Of a stretch of 38,997 nucleotides of DNA, positions 18,173 to 27,543 are shown one piece after another. Below the pieces are notes generated by a model. It was not told the origin of the DNA, searched no databases, and saw only the letters and a program-made list of their open reading frames with translations. Positions within the stretch are counted from its first letter, which is position 1. Each line of letters begins with the position of its first letter. Source of the DNA: an uncultured Marisediminicola sp. (GTDB lineage: Bacteria; Actinomycetota; Actinomycetes; Actinomycetales; Microbacteriaceae); the NCBI GenBank assembly GCA_964244965.1, contig CAXTLO010000001.1, forward strand, positions 1 to 38,997, given 5' to 3'. Made by a program: the position numbers and the translations under genes.

Positions 18173-20898
18173 CCGAGTTCGACGTGAACGGGCATCGCGT
18201 CCACGCGCACCCCGCCCCAGGACAATGCCTCCGCACGCTGCTGCGCGACCACGACCACTTCGAGGTGAAAAAGGGGTGCGATGCCGGCGACTGTGGCGCG
18301 TGCTCCGTACTCGTCGACGGCGTGCCCGTGCACTCCTGCATCTACCCCGCGTCGCGAATCGACGGTCGCTCGGTGACCACCGCCGCCGGCCTCGGCGACG
18401 ACGACGGCCTCCATCCCGTTCAGCAGGCGTTTGCGGATGCCGCAGGCTTCCAGTGCGGATTCTGCACCCCCGGAATGGTCGTCACCGCGTCCGCCCTGCC
18501 TCCCGAGGACATGACCGACCCGGCAGAGCTGGCACGGCTGATGAAGGGGAACCTGTGTCGGTGCACCGGGTACCGGTCGATCGGCGATGCCCTCTGCGGG
18601 CGGAGCAACGTGCAGCGGATGCTCGACGGCACAGCCGTCGGACGCTCAGCCCCGGCGCCCGCAGCCGAGCGGGTCGTTACCGGCCGCGAGCCGTTCACGC
18701 TCGACCTCGCCACGCCCGGGCTGCTCCATCTCAGCGTGCTGGGCAGCCCGCACTCGCACGCCCGCATCGTCTCCATCGACGCTGCGGCTGCATCCGCTCT
18801 TCCGGGAGTGCACGCGGTACTCACGTGCGCGGACTCCCCCGACGTTCTCTTCTCCACCGGCCGTCACCAAGACCGTGACGACGACCCCGACGACACCCGC
18901 GTGCTCGACACGGTGATGCGGTTCGCGGGCCAGCGGGTCGCGGCGGTAGTCGCCGACAGCGTGGCGGTCGCGGAGGCCGCATGCCGACTCATCGCCGTCG
19001 AGTACGAGGTACTTCCAGCGAACTTCGACCCGGAACTCGCGACCGTTCCCGGTACACCGCTCGTGCACGCCGACAAGGGCCCGGAGGCGAGGCTCGCCGA
19101 CCCGTCCCGCAATCTGGTGGCGGAACTGCATGGCGAGCTCGGAGATGTGGATGCCGCGCTCGCGGCGTCGGCCGCGACCGTGCGCGGGGTCTACCGCACG
19201 CAGCGGGTCTCGCACGTCGCGCTCGAGACCCATGCGGCGCGCGGATGGGTGGACGAGAACGGGCGGCTCGTCATCCGCACCAGTTCGCAGGTGCCCTTCT
19301 TGGTGCGCGACGAGCTGTGCCACGTCTTCGGGCTCGAGCGCACCGGCATCCGGGTGATGACGGCCCGAGTAGGCGGCGGGTTCGGCGGCAAGCAGGAGCT
19401 CCTCACCGAAGACCTGGTCACCCTCGCGGTGCTGCGAACCGGTCGCCCCGTGCAGTACGAATTCACCCGGACCGACCAGTTCACGATCGCGCCGGTACGC
19501 CATCCGATGCGGGTCGGCGTGACGCTCGGGGCGACATCCGACGGCGTCCTCACGGCGATCGACGTCGACATGCTCGCCGACACAGGTGCCTACGGCAATC
19601 ACGGGCCCGGAGTTATGTTCCACAGCTCCAACGAATCGCTCAGCGTGTACCGCTGCGCCAACACGCGGGTCAATACCCTCTCGGTGTACACGAACAACCT
19701 TCCATCGGGGGCGTTCCGCGGCTACGGGCTCGGGCAGATCGTCTTCGCCGTCGAATCGGCGCTGGACGATCTCGCTCGCGAACTCGGCATCGACCCGTTC
19801 GAGCTGCGCCGACGCAATGTGATCGTGCCGGGCGATCCGATGATCGTCACGGAGCCGGAAGCGAGCCACGACCTGCTCTACGGCAGCTACGGACTCGACC
19901 AGTGCCTCGATCTGGCCGAACGGGCCCTCAACTCGACGCCGGAGCACGCACTCGACGGACCGTCCTGGCGCACCGGCTCCGGGATGGCTCTGTCCATGAT
20001 CGCGACTCTCCCGCCGCGCGGGCACTTCGCCGACGTGACCGTCGCCGTGGACGCGACGGGCACCTACACGGCCTCCGTCGGCACCGCGGAATTCGGCAAC
20101 GGCACCGCGACCGCCCACGCTCAGCTCGTCGCGACGGCGCTGGCGACGACGGTCGAACGGGTCGTGATCCGCCAATCCGATACCGATCTCGTCGGCTACG
20201 ACACCGGAGCGTTCGGGTCGGCCGGCACCGTCGTCGCCGGCAAAGCGCTCCTGCTCGCCGCCGCGCAATTGAAGGGGCGACTACTCGCGGCCGCGGCATC
20301 CCTGCGGGAGGACGGCGGGGTGCTGACGGCTACCGGCGTGCGCGTCGGCGACGACGACGTCCTCGACTTCGCGGACCTGCTCGCGACCTCGTCGGCGCCG
20401 TGGAGTGCGGCCGGACACGACGACGGCAGCCGGCGATCGGTCGCATTCAACGTGCACGCGTTCCGCGTGGCGGTGGACACCGCGACCGGTGAGGTGCGGA
20501 TCCTCCGCTCGATCCAGGCGGCGGATGCGGGAGTGGTCGTCAATCCCGAGCAACTTCGTGGACAGGTGGAGGGCGGCACCGCACAGGCGATCGGCACGGC
20601 GCTATACGAAGAGATGCGCATGCGGGAGGGGCGGGTGCTCAACCCCGAGATCCGCAACTACCACGTGCCGCAGTTCGCCGATGTGCCGGTCACCGAGGTG
20701 CTGTTCGCCGACACCTACGACACGCTCGGGCCGCTCGGCGCCAAGTCGATGAGCGAAGCGCCATACAATCCGGTCGCGCCGGCGCTCGCGAACGCGATCC
20801 GCGATGCGATCGGGGTGCGCCCTCTCGAGCTACCGATGTCGCGGGATCGGATCTGGCGGATGCTGCAGGGCGACGACGCCGGTAGGACCGTCCTCTAG
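18169..20898 (+). CDS. Xanthine dehydrogenase-family large subunit, fused 2x[2Fe-2S] and molybdopterin domains
   Basis: KGCDAGDCGAC, FQCGFCTPG, GNLCRCTGY, VGGGFGGKQE, AFRGYG, GQVEGG, GAKSMSE. GTG start overlaps the FAD-subunit stop. Confidence 0.92.
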   Translation: MTEFDVNGHRVHAHPAPGQCLRTLLRDHDHFEVKKGCDAGDCGACSVLVDGVPVHSCIYPASRIDGRSVTTAAGLGDDDGLHPVQQAFADAAGFQCGFCTPGMVVTASALPPEDMTDPAELARLMKGNLCRCTGYRSIGDALCGRSNVQRMLDGTAVGRSAPAPAAERVVTGREPFTLDLATPGLLHLSVLGSPHSHARIVSIDAAAASALPGVHAVLTCADSPDVLFSTGRHQDRDDDPDDTRVLDTVMRFAGQRVAAVVADSVAVAEAACRLIAVEYEVLPANFDPELATVPGTPLVHADKGPEARLADPSRNLVAELHGELGDVDAALAASAATVRGVYRTQRVSHVALETHAARGWVDENGRLVIRTSSQVPFLVRDELCHVFGLERTGIRVMTARVGGGFGGKQELLTEDLVTLAVLRTGRPVQYEFTRTDQFTIAPVRHPMRVGVTLGATSDGVLTAIDVDMLADTGAYGNHGPGVMFHSSNESLSVYRCANTRVNTLSVYTNNLPSGAFRGYGLGQIVFAVESALDDLARELGIDPFELRRRNVIVPGDPMIVTEPEASHDLLYGSYGLDQCLDLAERALNSTPEHALDGPSWRTGSGMALSMIATLPPRGHFADVTVAVDATGTYTASVGTAEFGNGTATAHAQLVATALATTVERVVIRQSDTDLVGYDTGAFGSAGTVVAGKALLLAAAQLKGRLLAAAASLREDGGVLTATGVRVGDDDVLDFADLLATSSAPWSAAGHDDGSRRSVAFNVHAFRVAVDTATGEVRILRSIQAADAGVVVNPEQLRGQVEGGTAQAIGTALYEEMRMREGRVLNPEIRNYHVPQFADVPVTEVLFADTYDTLGPLGAKSMSEAPYNPVAPALANAIRDAIGVRPLELPMSRDRIWRMLQGDDAGRTVL

Positions 20899-20904
20899 GC
20901 GGCG

Positions 20905-21846
20905 TCAGCGGTGGATCGGCCCCGACAGCCCCGACAGCGGTCTCGCCGAGGAATGCGATCGGGTCGCGAGCACCTCTCCCAGGATGGAGATCGCTGTCTC
21001 CTCCGGGGTGCGCGCCCCGAGGTCCAGTCCGATCGGCGAGCGGAGCCGACGGAGGTCGCACAGGCCGCGGCGCTCCAGTTCCGCGATGCGCGAGTCGTGC
21101 GTCGCCCGAGACCCCATCGCCCCGACGTAGCGCGCCGGGCTGGTCAGTGCCGCCTCGATGAGCTCGATGTCGAACCGGTCGTCGTGGCTGAGGATGCAGA
21201 TCACGGTGCGCTCGTCGATCTCCGCTCCTGTCAGGTACTCCGGGGGCCACTGCACGACGACGCGATCGGCCGAGGGGAACCGCTCACGAGTCGCGAACGC
21301 CGATCTGGCATCGCACACCGTCACCCGGTAACCGACTGCGGCCGATGCCGCGCTCAGCGCGACGGAGAACTCGACGGCCCCGAAGATGATGAGATGCGCG
21401 GGCGGCTCGATCCGCTCGGTGAAGACGCGCCGCTCCGGGCGGAGGCGCGTGGGCTCGAGCGAGGTGGTTACGACCGCGGAACGGCCCGCGGCAGCCTCGC
21501 GGAGCTGCGTGACCGTGCTCTGCGACGCAACATCCGGCCCCAGCACGGTCGCGACGACCTCGATGCGCCCACCGCAGCTGAGACCGACCGCGAACGCGAC
21601 TTCGTCGCTGAATCCGTACGACGCCACCTCCGACAGTCCGGTCTGCAGCACGCGTGCGCACAACTCGTGCACGGCTCCCTCGACGCATCCGCCCGAGATG
21701 CTGCCGATGACCGAGCCGTCCTCGGCGAGCGCCATGGAGGTGCCGACAGTACGCGGTGCGCTCCCCGTGATCGACACCGCCGTGGCGATGGCGACCCGCT
21801 GTCCCGCGTCGATGCGCGTCAGGAGTCGATCGGCGATCTCGAACAT
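20905..21846 (-). CDS. xdhC: XdhC/CoxI family Moco insertion chaperone
   Basis: GSAPR, GSISGGCVE, GLSCGG, YVGAMGSR, SPIGLDLGARTPEETAISI. Confidence 0.92.
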   Translation of the reverse strand: MFEIADRLLTRIDAGQRVAIATAVSITGSAPRTVGTSMALAEDGSVIGSISGGCVEGAVHELCARVLQTGLSEVASYGFSDEVAFAVGLSCGGRIEVVATVLGPDVASQSTVTQLREAAAGRSAVVTTSLEPTRLRPERRVFTERIEPPAHLIIFGAVEFSVALSAASAAVGYRVTVCDARSAFATRERFPSADRVVVQWPPEYLTGAEIDERTVICILSHDDRFDIELIEAALTSPARYVGAMGSRATHDSRIAELERRGLCDLRRLRSPIGLDLGARTPEETAISILGEVLATRSHSSARPLSGLSGPIHR

Positions 21847-21889
21847 GCACCCTCCCCGGGCAGCTTGCCACAGGTGCTACACAGGACGC

Positions 21890-23215
21890 ATGCTGACGAT
21901 CACCGGAGCGACGACGATCATGGTGGACGAGACCACCCAGCGCACGGGCGACCTCCACATCGTGGATGGACGGATCGCCGGTTCCGATGCCGACGTCCAC
22001 TCTCTCGGCCGCGCGGACGCCGGCGGTGAGACCCTCGACGTCGCCGAGTGCGTCGTGACGCCCGGGCTCGTCAATGCACATCACCATCTGCTTCAGACCG
22101 CGTTCCGCACCCTGCCGGGAACCCGCGGAGTTCCGATGTCGGCCTGGCTGCCGCGGATGGGCGAGGCCTACGTCGAGGTCGGTGTGGATGCCGAGCTGTG
22201 CCGTGCCGCCGCTCTCGCCGGTCTGGCGGAGAGCCTGCTCTGCGGGGTGACGACGGTGGCCGACCACCACCTCACCTGGCCAGCCGGTGCGGACACCGTC
22301 GCGATGGCCGAGGCGACCGCAAGCGCTGCGGCCGACCTCGGCGCCCGCCTCGTGTTCGTACGCGGCACGGCGCGAGACGATCCCCAAGAGGCGGCGGCAT
22401 CCGTCGAGGCGATCGCGGCGGCGCTGGTACCCGGGGCGGTCGACGGGATCTCCTCGGACCGGATGCTGCAGCTCGCGACCGGGCCGGCCGGCGTGCACAG
22501 CGACCAGCCCGAGACCTTCCGCCTGCTCGGAGAAGTCGCGGCCCGGCTCGGGCTCCGCCGCCGCACCCAGTCGAACGAGCAGGTCGACGTCGCCGCTGCC
22601 GCCGAGCAGTACGGGCGTCGCCCGCTGGACCTGCTCGACGAGTGGGGGTGGCTCGCCCGCGACGTGACGCTCGCGCACCTCTGCGACGTCAGCGCCGACG
22701 AGATCGCGAGAGTGGCGGCATCCGGCTCATCGGCGACGCACGCTCCCGGATGCGACCTGCCGATGGGATGGGGCGTCGCCCCGGTGGCCGCGCTGAAAGC
22801 GGCCGGAGTGACGGTGGGTCTGGGCACGAGCGGGGGCGGAAGCAACGACGCGTCACACCTTCTCGCCGACGCACGCCTGGCGATGCAGGTGGCGCCGCTG
22901 GTGGGACCGCCGCTTCCCGCTGCGACCGTGCTGGGGATGGCGACGGAGGGTTCGGCGACCGGGCTGGGCCGACCCGAGCTCGGGCACCTCCGCGTCGGGG
23001 CTGCAGCCGACTTGTGCATCTGGGACGTCGGAGGGGTTGCCGATGCGGGCGTCGCCGACCCGATCGCGGGACTGCTCTGGGCATCTCCCGGACGCCGGCC
23101 TCGACATGTGATCGTCGGGGGGCGGGTCGTCGTGCGGGATGGCGAGCTGGTGGGCGTGCGCGAGCGGGCGGTCGCCGAAGGCCTGCGGACCCTGCTGTCG
23201 AGCCGCCTCCGGTGA
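21890..23215 (+). CDS. Amidohydrolase of the 8-oxoguanine/isoxanthopterin deaminase type with an atypical metal site
   Basis: PGLVNAHHHLLQT, GVTTVADHH, MATEGSA..LGR..GHLRVGAAADL. The beta-5 segment reads RRTQSNE and beta-8 reads GLGTSGGGSND. Confidence 0.85.
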   Translation: MLTITGATTIMVDETTQRTGDLHIVDGRIAGSDADVHSLGRADAGGETLDVAECVVTPGLVNAHHHLLQTAFRTLPGTRGVPMSAWLPRMGEAYVEVGVDAELCRAAALAGLAESLLCGVTTVADHHLTWPAGADTVAMAEATASAAADLGARLVFVRGTARDDPQEAAASVEAIAAALVPGAVDGISSDRMLQLATGPAGVHSDQPETFRLLGEVAARLGLRRRTQSNEQVDVAAAAEQYGRRPLDLLDEWGWLARDVTLAHLCDVSADEIARVAASGSSATHAPGCDLPMGWGVAPVAALKAAGVTVGLGTSGGGSNDASHLLADARLAMQVAPLVGPPLPAATVLGMATEGSATGLGRPELGHLRVGAAADLCIWDVGGVADAGVADPIAGLLWASPGRRPRHVIVGGRVVVRDGELVGVRERAVAEGLRTLLSSRLR

Positions 23216-23276
23216 CGGGACGGTACCGGGCCCGCCGCGATATCCTGGGATAGTCGATCACCGAGCCGGGAGAACC

Positions 23277-23381
23277 ATGCCTGAAGTCATTCTGGGAATC
23301 ACCGTCGTCATCGGTGTCATCGGCGGCGTGCTCATCTGCGGCGCTCTCGTGGCGATGTCGAAGGACTACACCGGTCGCTGA
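23277..23381 (+). CDS. 34-aa single-TM small protein MPEVILGITVVIGVIGGVLICGALVAMSKDYTGR
   Basis: GGGAGA RBS and a possible -10 TATCCT (23241-23246); one hydrophobic helix with a charged tail; fills the intergenic gap. Confidence 0.6.
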   Translation: MPEVILGITVVIGVIGGVLICGALVAMSKDYTGR

Positions 23382-23418
23382 AAAGGACCGCGCTGAGAAC
23401 GAGCGGGCGCGGAGAACT

Positions 23419-24396
23419 TCAGAGATCGAGTACGAGTAGCGGGCCGGCCGCACGCGACACGCAGATCATCATGGCGTCGGCGGCGTCGCGCTCCCCCGGG
23501 GTCAGCACCGAATCCCGATGTTCGATCTCGCCCTCGACGACCGGCGTCTCGCAGGTGCCGCAGGTGCCCTTCCGACACGACGAGACGACGAGTACCCCCT
23601 GCTCCTCGACGACCTCGAGGATCGTGCGCTCGAGCGGCACCTCGACGGTGACCCCGGTCAGGGCGAGTTCCACCTCGAAGCTGTCCTGCCAGATCGGGTC
23701 GCCGTACTCTTTCGCCTCGAAGTGCTCGACGTGAAGCCGCTCGACTGGACGACCATGCCACGCCTCCTCGACGGCGGCGAGCAAGCGGATCGGGCCGCAG
23801 CAGTAGACACTCGCGTCGGCAGGCAGCGCGGCGATCTCGGCACGCAGATCGATGCGCTCCTCCTGGTCCGCGGGGAACGCACGCACCCGCGCACCGTGAG
23901 CGGCCTCGAGCTCTGCGAGGAACGCCATTGTCCGCCTGGTCCGCCCGACGTAGAGCAGCCAGTAGTCGGCCGCGTCCGCCAGGGCAGCGGCCGCCATGGA
24001 GAGAAACGGGGTGATGCCGATCCCGCCGGCGATGAACACGACCGGCGCCGCGGCATCCGCCTGGTACCCGAAATGGTTGCGGGGGCCGCGGATGCGCATC
24101 GCGTCACCTGGCTGGAGGTCGTCATGGATGAGAGCCGAACCGCCCCGACCGGCGTGCTCACGCAAGACGGCGACCCGATACCGGGTGCGATCGCCAGGAT
24201 CCCCGCACAGGGAGTACTGGCGCTCCAGGCGGGCACCGGTCCGGTCGGTCAGCAGCAGGTCGACGTGGGAGCCGGGAGTCCACGCGGGCAGGTCTCGTCC
24301 ATTGACCGCGGCGATGGTGATCGCGACGACACCGTCGGCGACCTCGTCCCGTGCCGTCACCCGGCACTCCCGCTCGACGTCGCTGAAGAAACTCAC
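23419..24396 (-). CDS. PDR/VanB family oxidoreductase (FMN/NAD(P)H reductase plus C-terminal [2Fe-2S])
   Basis: WTPGSHVD, RQYSLCG, GRGGS, GPRNHF, AGGIGITP, YCCGP, SCRKGTCGTCE, ICVSRA. Confidence 0.92.
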   Translation of the reverse strand: MSFFSDVERECRVTARDEVADGVVAITIAAVNGRDLPAWTPGSHVDLLLTDRTGARLERQYSLCGDPGDRTRYRVAVLREHAGRGGSALIHDDLQPGDAMRIRGPRNHFGYQADAAAPVVFIAGGIGITPFLSMAAAALADAADYWLLYVGRTRRTMAFLAELEAAHGARVRAFPADQEERIDLRAEIAALPADASVYCCGPIRLLAAVEEAWHGRPVERLHVEHFEAKEYGDPIWQDSFEVELALTGVTVEVPLERTILEVVEEQGVLVVSSCRKGTCGTCETPVVEGEIEHRDSVLTPGERDAADAMMICVSRAAGPLLVLDL

Positions 24397-24474
24397 GGTC
24401 GGCCACCCATGAGGCACGACTATAAGCGGTCACCCTCGTGGCCCAGGACGTCCCAGCAGGACCACGCAGGCGTG

Positions 24475-24528
24475 TTTACCGGCCGGGAACGACGGCGACA
24501 CACGGGCGAAACGCGCCGAGCCTAGATT
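24475..24528 (+). promoter_or_regulatory. Four-unit GlnR-like box plus -10 for the deaminase/ABC operon
   Basis: TTTAC-N6-GGAAC-N6-GACAC-N6-GAAAC-N10-TAGATT, with an exact 11-bp period. Confidence 0.7.
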
Positions 24529-24627
24529 CACGTCCAAGCGAAGATCCCAGCGTCACGTCGGCGCCTCCGCTGATCGGAACCCTCAGCCCGGACGAGCCTC
24601 GCTCACGGGAATCCTCAAAGGAAAACC

Positions 24628-25878
24628 GTGCACCTTCCCCGCCAGTTGTCGCTCTTGAGGAACGCGACGCTCGCGGACGGGCGAACGGGCGATATCGTGC
24701 TCGAGGGGAACACGGTAAGCGCGATAGTCGCTGCGGACACCGCGCCGCCGGTCGCCGATGAACTCGACCTCACCGGGTATCTCGTCGTCACGGCGCCGGC
24801 CGATCCTCACGCACACCTCGACAAGGCGCGCTCCTGGAACGCGATCCGGCCGCCGATGGGCGACTTGATCTCCGCGATCGACTCGTGGCGCACCTACACC
24901 CTGACGATGTCCGAGGACGACGTCGTCGACCGGGCGCGGGCGCAGGCTCTGGAGATGCTCCGCCACGGCACCACCGCCATCCGGTCCCACGTCGATCTGT
25001 TGAGCGGACCGGACCCGCTGCTCTGTGCGCGGGCTCTGGTGCGGGTGCGAGAGGAGCTCGCCGGGCTCCTCGACCTCGAGTTGGTGGTCCTCGCCGGACC
25101 GGATGCTCCGGACCGCGACATCCACGCGGCTCTCGATCTCGGCCTCGATCTCGTCGGCGGGGCACCCCACCTCTCGGACGACCCGAGCACAGATCTGCAG
25201 CGACTGCTCACCCTCGCCCTTCGCCGCGATGTCGGCGTCGATTTGCACACGGACGAGTCGCTGAGCGGCGCCGTCACACTGGGAGAGCTCGCGCGCACCG
25301 TCCGCACGTGGACCCGCAACGTCTCCGCAGGTCACTGCGTGCGGCTCGGAACCACCGAACGAGCAGATCGGGCGGAGATCATCGCCGACGTGGCATCGAG
25401 CGATGTCGGCATCATCGCCAACCCGATCACCAACCTCTACCTGCAGGGGTGGGAGCACGACACCTCCGTGCCGAGGGGCATCACCGCCGCCCGGGAGCTC
25501 CTCGACGCCGGAGTGCGATTCGCCGCCGGCGCAGACAACGTGCGGGACCCGTTCAACCCGCTCGGTCGATCCGACGCTCTCGAGACCGCGATGCTTCTGG
25601 TGACCGCGGCGCACCTCACCGTCGGCGAGGCGTACACGGCGGTCAGTTCCGGCGCGCGATCGGTGATGGGGCTTCCCGAAGCTGGAGTACGAGTCGGTGC
25701 GCGAGCCGAACTGCTCGCCATCCGGTCGACCGGACTCGAAGAGGCCGTCGCGACAGCATCCGAGGATCGCCATGTCATCCACGACGGTCGGCTGGTCGCC
25801 TCGACGACCGTCTCGTCCCACGTCGCACTACCGTCCGTTTCCCGCTCGCCGGCTCTTGTTCAGGAGATGACGTCATGA
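24628..25878 (+). CDS. Cytosine/creatinine/pterin deaminase-like amidohydrolase (CodA class)
   Basis: AAAGGA RBS; DPHAHLDKA, GTTAIRSHVD, DLHTDE, GHC, NPITNLYLQG, GADNVRDPFNP. Confidence 0.88.
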   Translation: MHLPRQLSLLRNATLADGRTGDIVLEGNTVSAIVAADTAPPVADELDLTGYLVVTAPADPHAHLDKARSWNAIRPPMGDLISAIDSWRTYTLTMSEDDVVDRARAQALEMLRHGTTAIRSHVDLLSGPDPLLCARALVRVREELAGLLDLELVVLAGPDAPDRDIHAALDLGLDLVGGAPHLSDDPSTDLQRLLTLALRRDVGVDLHTDESLSGAVTLGELARTVRTWTRNVSAGHCVRLGTTERADRAEIIADVASSDVGIIANPITNLYLQGWEHDTSVPRGITAARELLDAGVRFAAGADNVRDPFNPLGRSDALETAMLLVTAAHLTVGEAYTAVSSGARSVMGLPEAGVRVGARAELLAIRSTGLEEAVATASEDRHVIHDGRLVASTTVSSHVALPSVSRSPALVQEMTS

Positions 25879-26648
25879 CCATCAGTCCCACCATCGAGAG
25901 GCCGCACGTGGCCACCGTCCCCCTTCTCGACTTCCACGATGTCGCGATGCGGTTTCCCAACGGCACCGTCGCTCTCTCGGGGGTCGACCTCACCGTCAGT
26001 CGTGGCGAGTTCGTCACGGTGGTCGGACCGAGCGGATGCGGCAAGAGCACTCTCCTGCGCATCGCCTCGGGGCTCGAGACGGCGAGCGAAGGCACCACCT
26101 CGCTCGGTACCACGCGAATCGGTTACGTGTTCCAGGACGCGACGTTGCTGCCGTGGCGCACCGTGCAGGCGAACGTGGAACTGCTGGCCGAACTGAACAA
26201 GCAGTCCAAGCGGATGCGATCGGCCAAGGCGAAAGAGGCGATCGACCTCGTGGGCCTCACCGGATTCGAGCAGAACCTCCCCAAGGAGCTGTCGGGGGGC
26301 ATGCGGATGCGCACCTCGCTGGCCCGGTCGCTGACCCTCGACCCGGAACTCTTCCTGTTCGACGAGCCGTTCGGAGCCCTCGACGAGATCACGCGCGAGC
26401 GCCTCGGCGACGAACTGCTCCGCATCTTCGCCGAGCAGCATTTTGCGGGTTTGTTCATCACCCACTCCGTAGCCGAGGCCGTGTACCTGTCCACCCGGGT
26501 CATCGTGATGAGCGGTCGCCCTGGTCGCATCGTCGACGAGTTCGAAGTGCCGTTCGATTACCCGCGCGACCCCGACATCCGATTCACCGCCGAATTCGCG
26601 GCTCTGAGCGGCAAGGTCTCGCACGCACTGAGGGAGGGCCACTCATGA
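25875..26648 (+). CDS. NitT/TauT family ABC ATP-binding subunit
   Basis: GPSGCGKST, VFQDATLLPWRTV, LSGGMRMR, DEPFGALDEITRE; ATGA coupling. Confidence 0.93.
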   Translation: MTISPTIERPHVATVPLLDFHDVAMRFPNGTVALSGVDLTVSRGEFVTVVGPSGCGKSTLLRIASGLETASEGTTSLGTTRIGYVFQDATLLPWRTVQANVELLAELNKQSKRMRSAKAKEAIDLVGLTGFEQNLPKELSGGMRMRTSLARSLTLDPELFLFDEPFGALDEITRERLGDELLRIFAEQHFAGLFITHSVAEAVYLSTRVIVMSGRPGRIVDEFEVPFDYPRDPDIRFTAEFAALSGKVSHALREGHS

Positions 26649-27505
26649 GCAGCCGCATCGTCGAGTCCACGTCGGCCATGACGCGGCTACCGATCCGCAG
26701 CGCAGCGCGGCAGCGGAGCGGTCGTGTGATGCGCAACTGGGGTCCGCCGCTCGGCGTGTTCGCCGTGATCGTCGTCGGCTGGTACCTGCTCGCCACCTAC
26801 CTGATCAGCGTCGACCGCCCCACCGTGCTGCCGACGCCGGAACGGATCATCACCGAGTCGTTCTTCGGTCGCGGCGAGCCGATCACGCAGGACCTCCTGC
26901 GGGCCATCGGGCTGTCACTGTCGGTCGCCCTGATCGGACTGCTCATCTCGATCGTCATCGGCGTCGTGTGGGCCATCGTGATGTCGCAGGCGCGGTGGGT
27001 GGAGCGATCGCTGTTCCCCTACGCCGTGATCCTCCAGTGCGTTCCGATCCTCGCCCTCGTTCCGCTGATCGGCACGACCATCGGCTACAGCTTCGAATCC
27101 CGGGTACTGGTGTGCGTGCTCATCTCGCTGTTCCCCATGGTGTCGAACACGCTGTTCGGGCTGCAGTCGGTCGAAAAGAGTCAGCGGGAGCTCTTCCAGC
27201 TGCAGAAGGCCAGCCGGTGGACCGTGCTCACCAAGCTGCAGTTCCCGAACGCGCTCCCCGCGATCTTCGCCGGGATGAGGATCTCCGCGGGACTGGCCGT
27301 AGTCGGCGCGATCGTCGGGGACTTCTTCTTCCGACGCGGCACTCCCGGACTCGGCATCCTCATCGCCAACTACGCCTCGCGAGTGCAGACACCCCAGTTG
27401 TTCGCGACCATCATCGTCACCGCCCTGCTCGGCGTCGCGATCTTCCTCGTCTTCGGCTGGATCGGCAAACTCGCCGTCGGCCGCTGGTACGAGCCGGCCT
27501 CCTGA
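26645..27505 (+). CDS. NitT/TauT family ABC permease
   Basis: LPTP, QCVPILALVPL, PNALPAIFAGMR, GAIVGDF; ATGA coupling. Confidence 0.9.
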   Translation: MSSRIVESTSAMTRLPIRSAARQRSGRVMRNWGPPLGVFAVIVVGWYLLATYLISVDRPTVLPTPERIITESFFGRGEPITQDLLRAIGLSLSVALIGLLISIVIGVVWAIVMSQARWVERSLFPYAVILQCVPILALVPLIGTTIGYSFESRVLVCVLISLFPMVSNTLFGLQSVEKSQRELFQLQKASRWTVLTKLQFPNALPAIFAGMRISAGLAVVGAIVGDFFFRRGTPGLGILIANYASRVQTPQLFATIIVTALLGVAIFLVFGWIGKLAVGRWYEPAS

Positions 27506-27543
27506 CTCCGCCCGATTCACAGCCAGCCCCACCAAGGAGAGAA

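Noticed and set aside
23419-24396. Caffeine/methylxanthine N-demethylase (Ndm) system
   Set aside because: The reductase type fits loosely, but no Rieske oxygenase gene is in the window.
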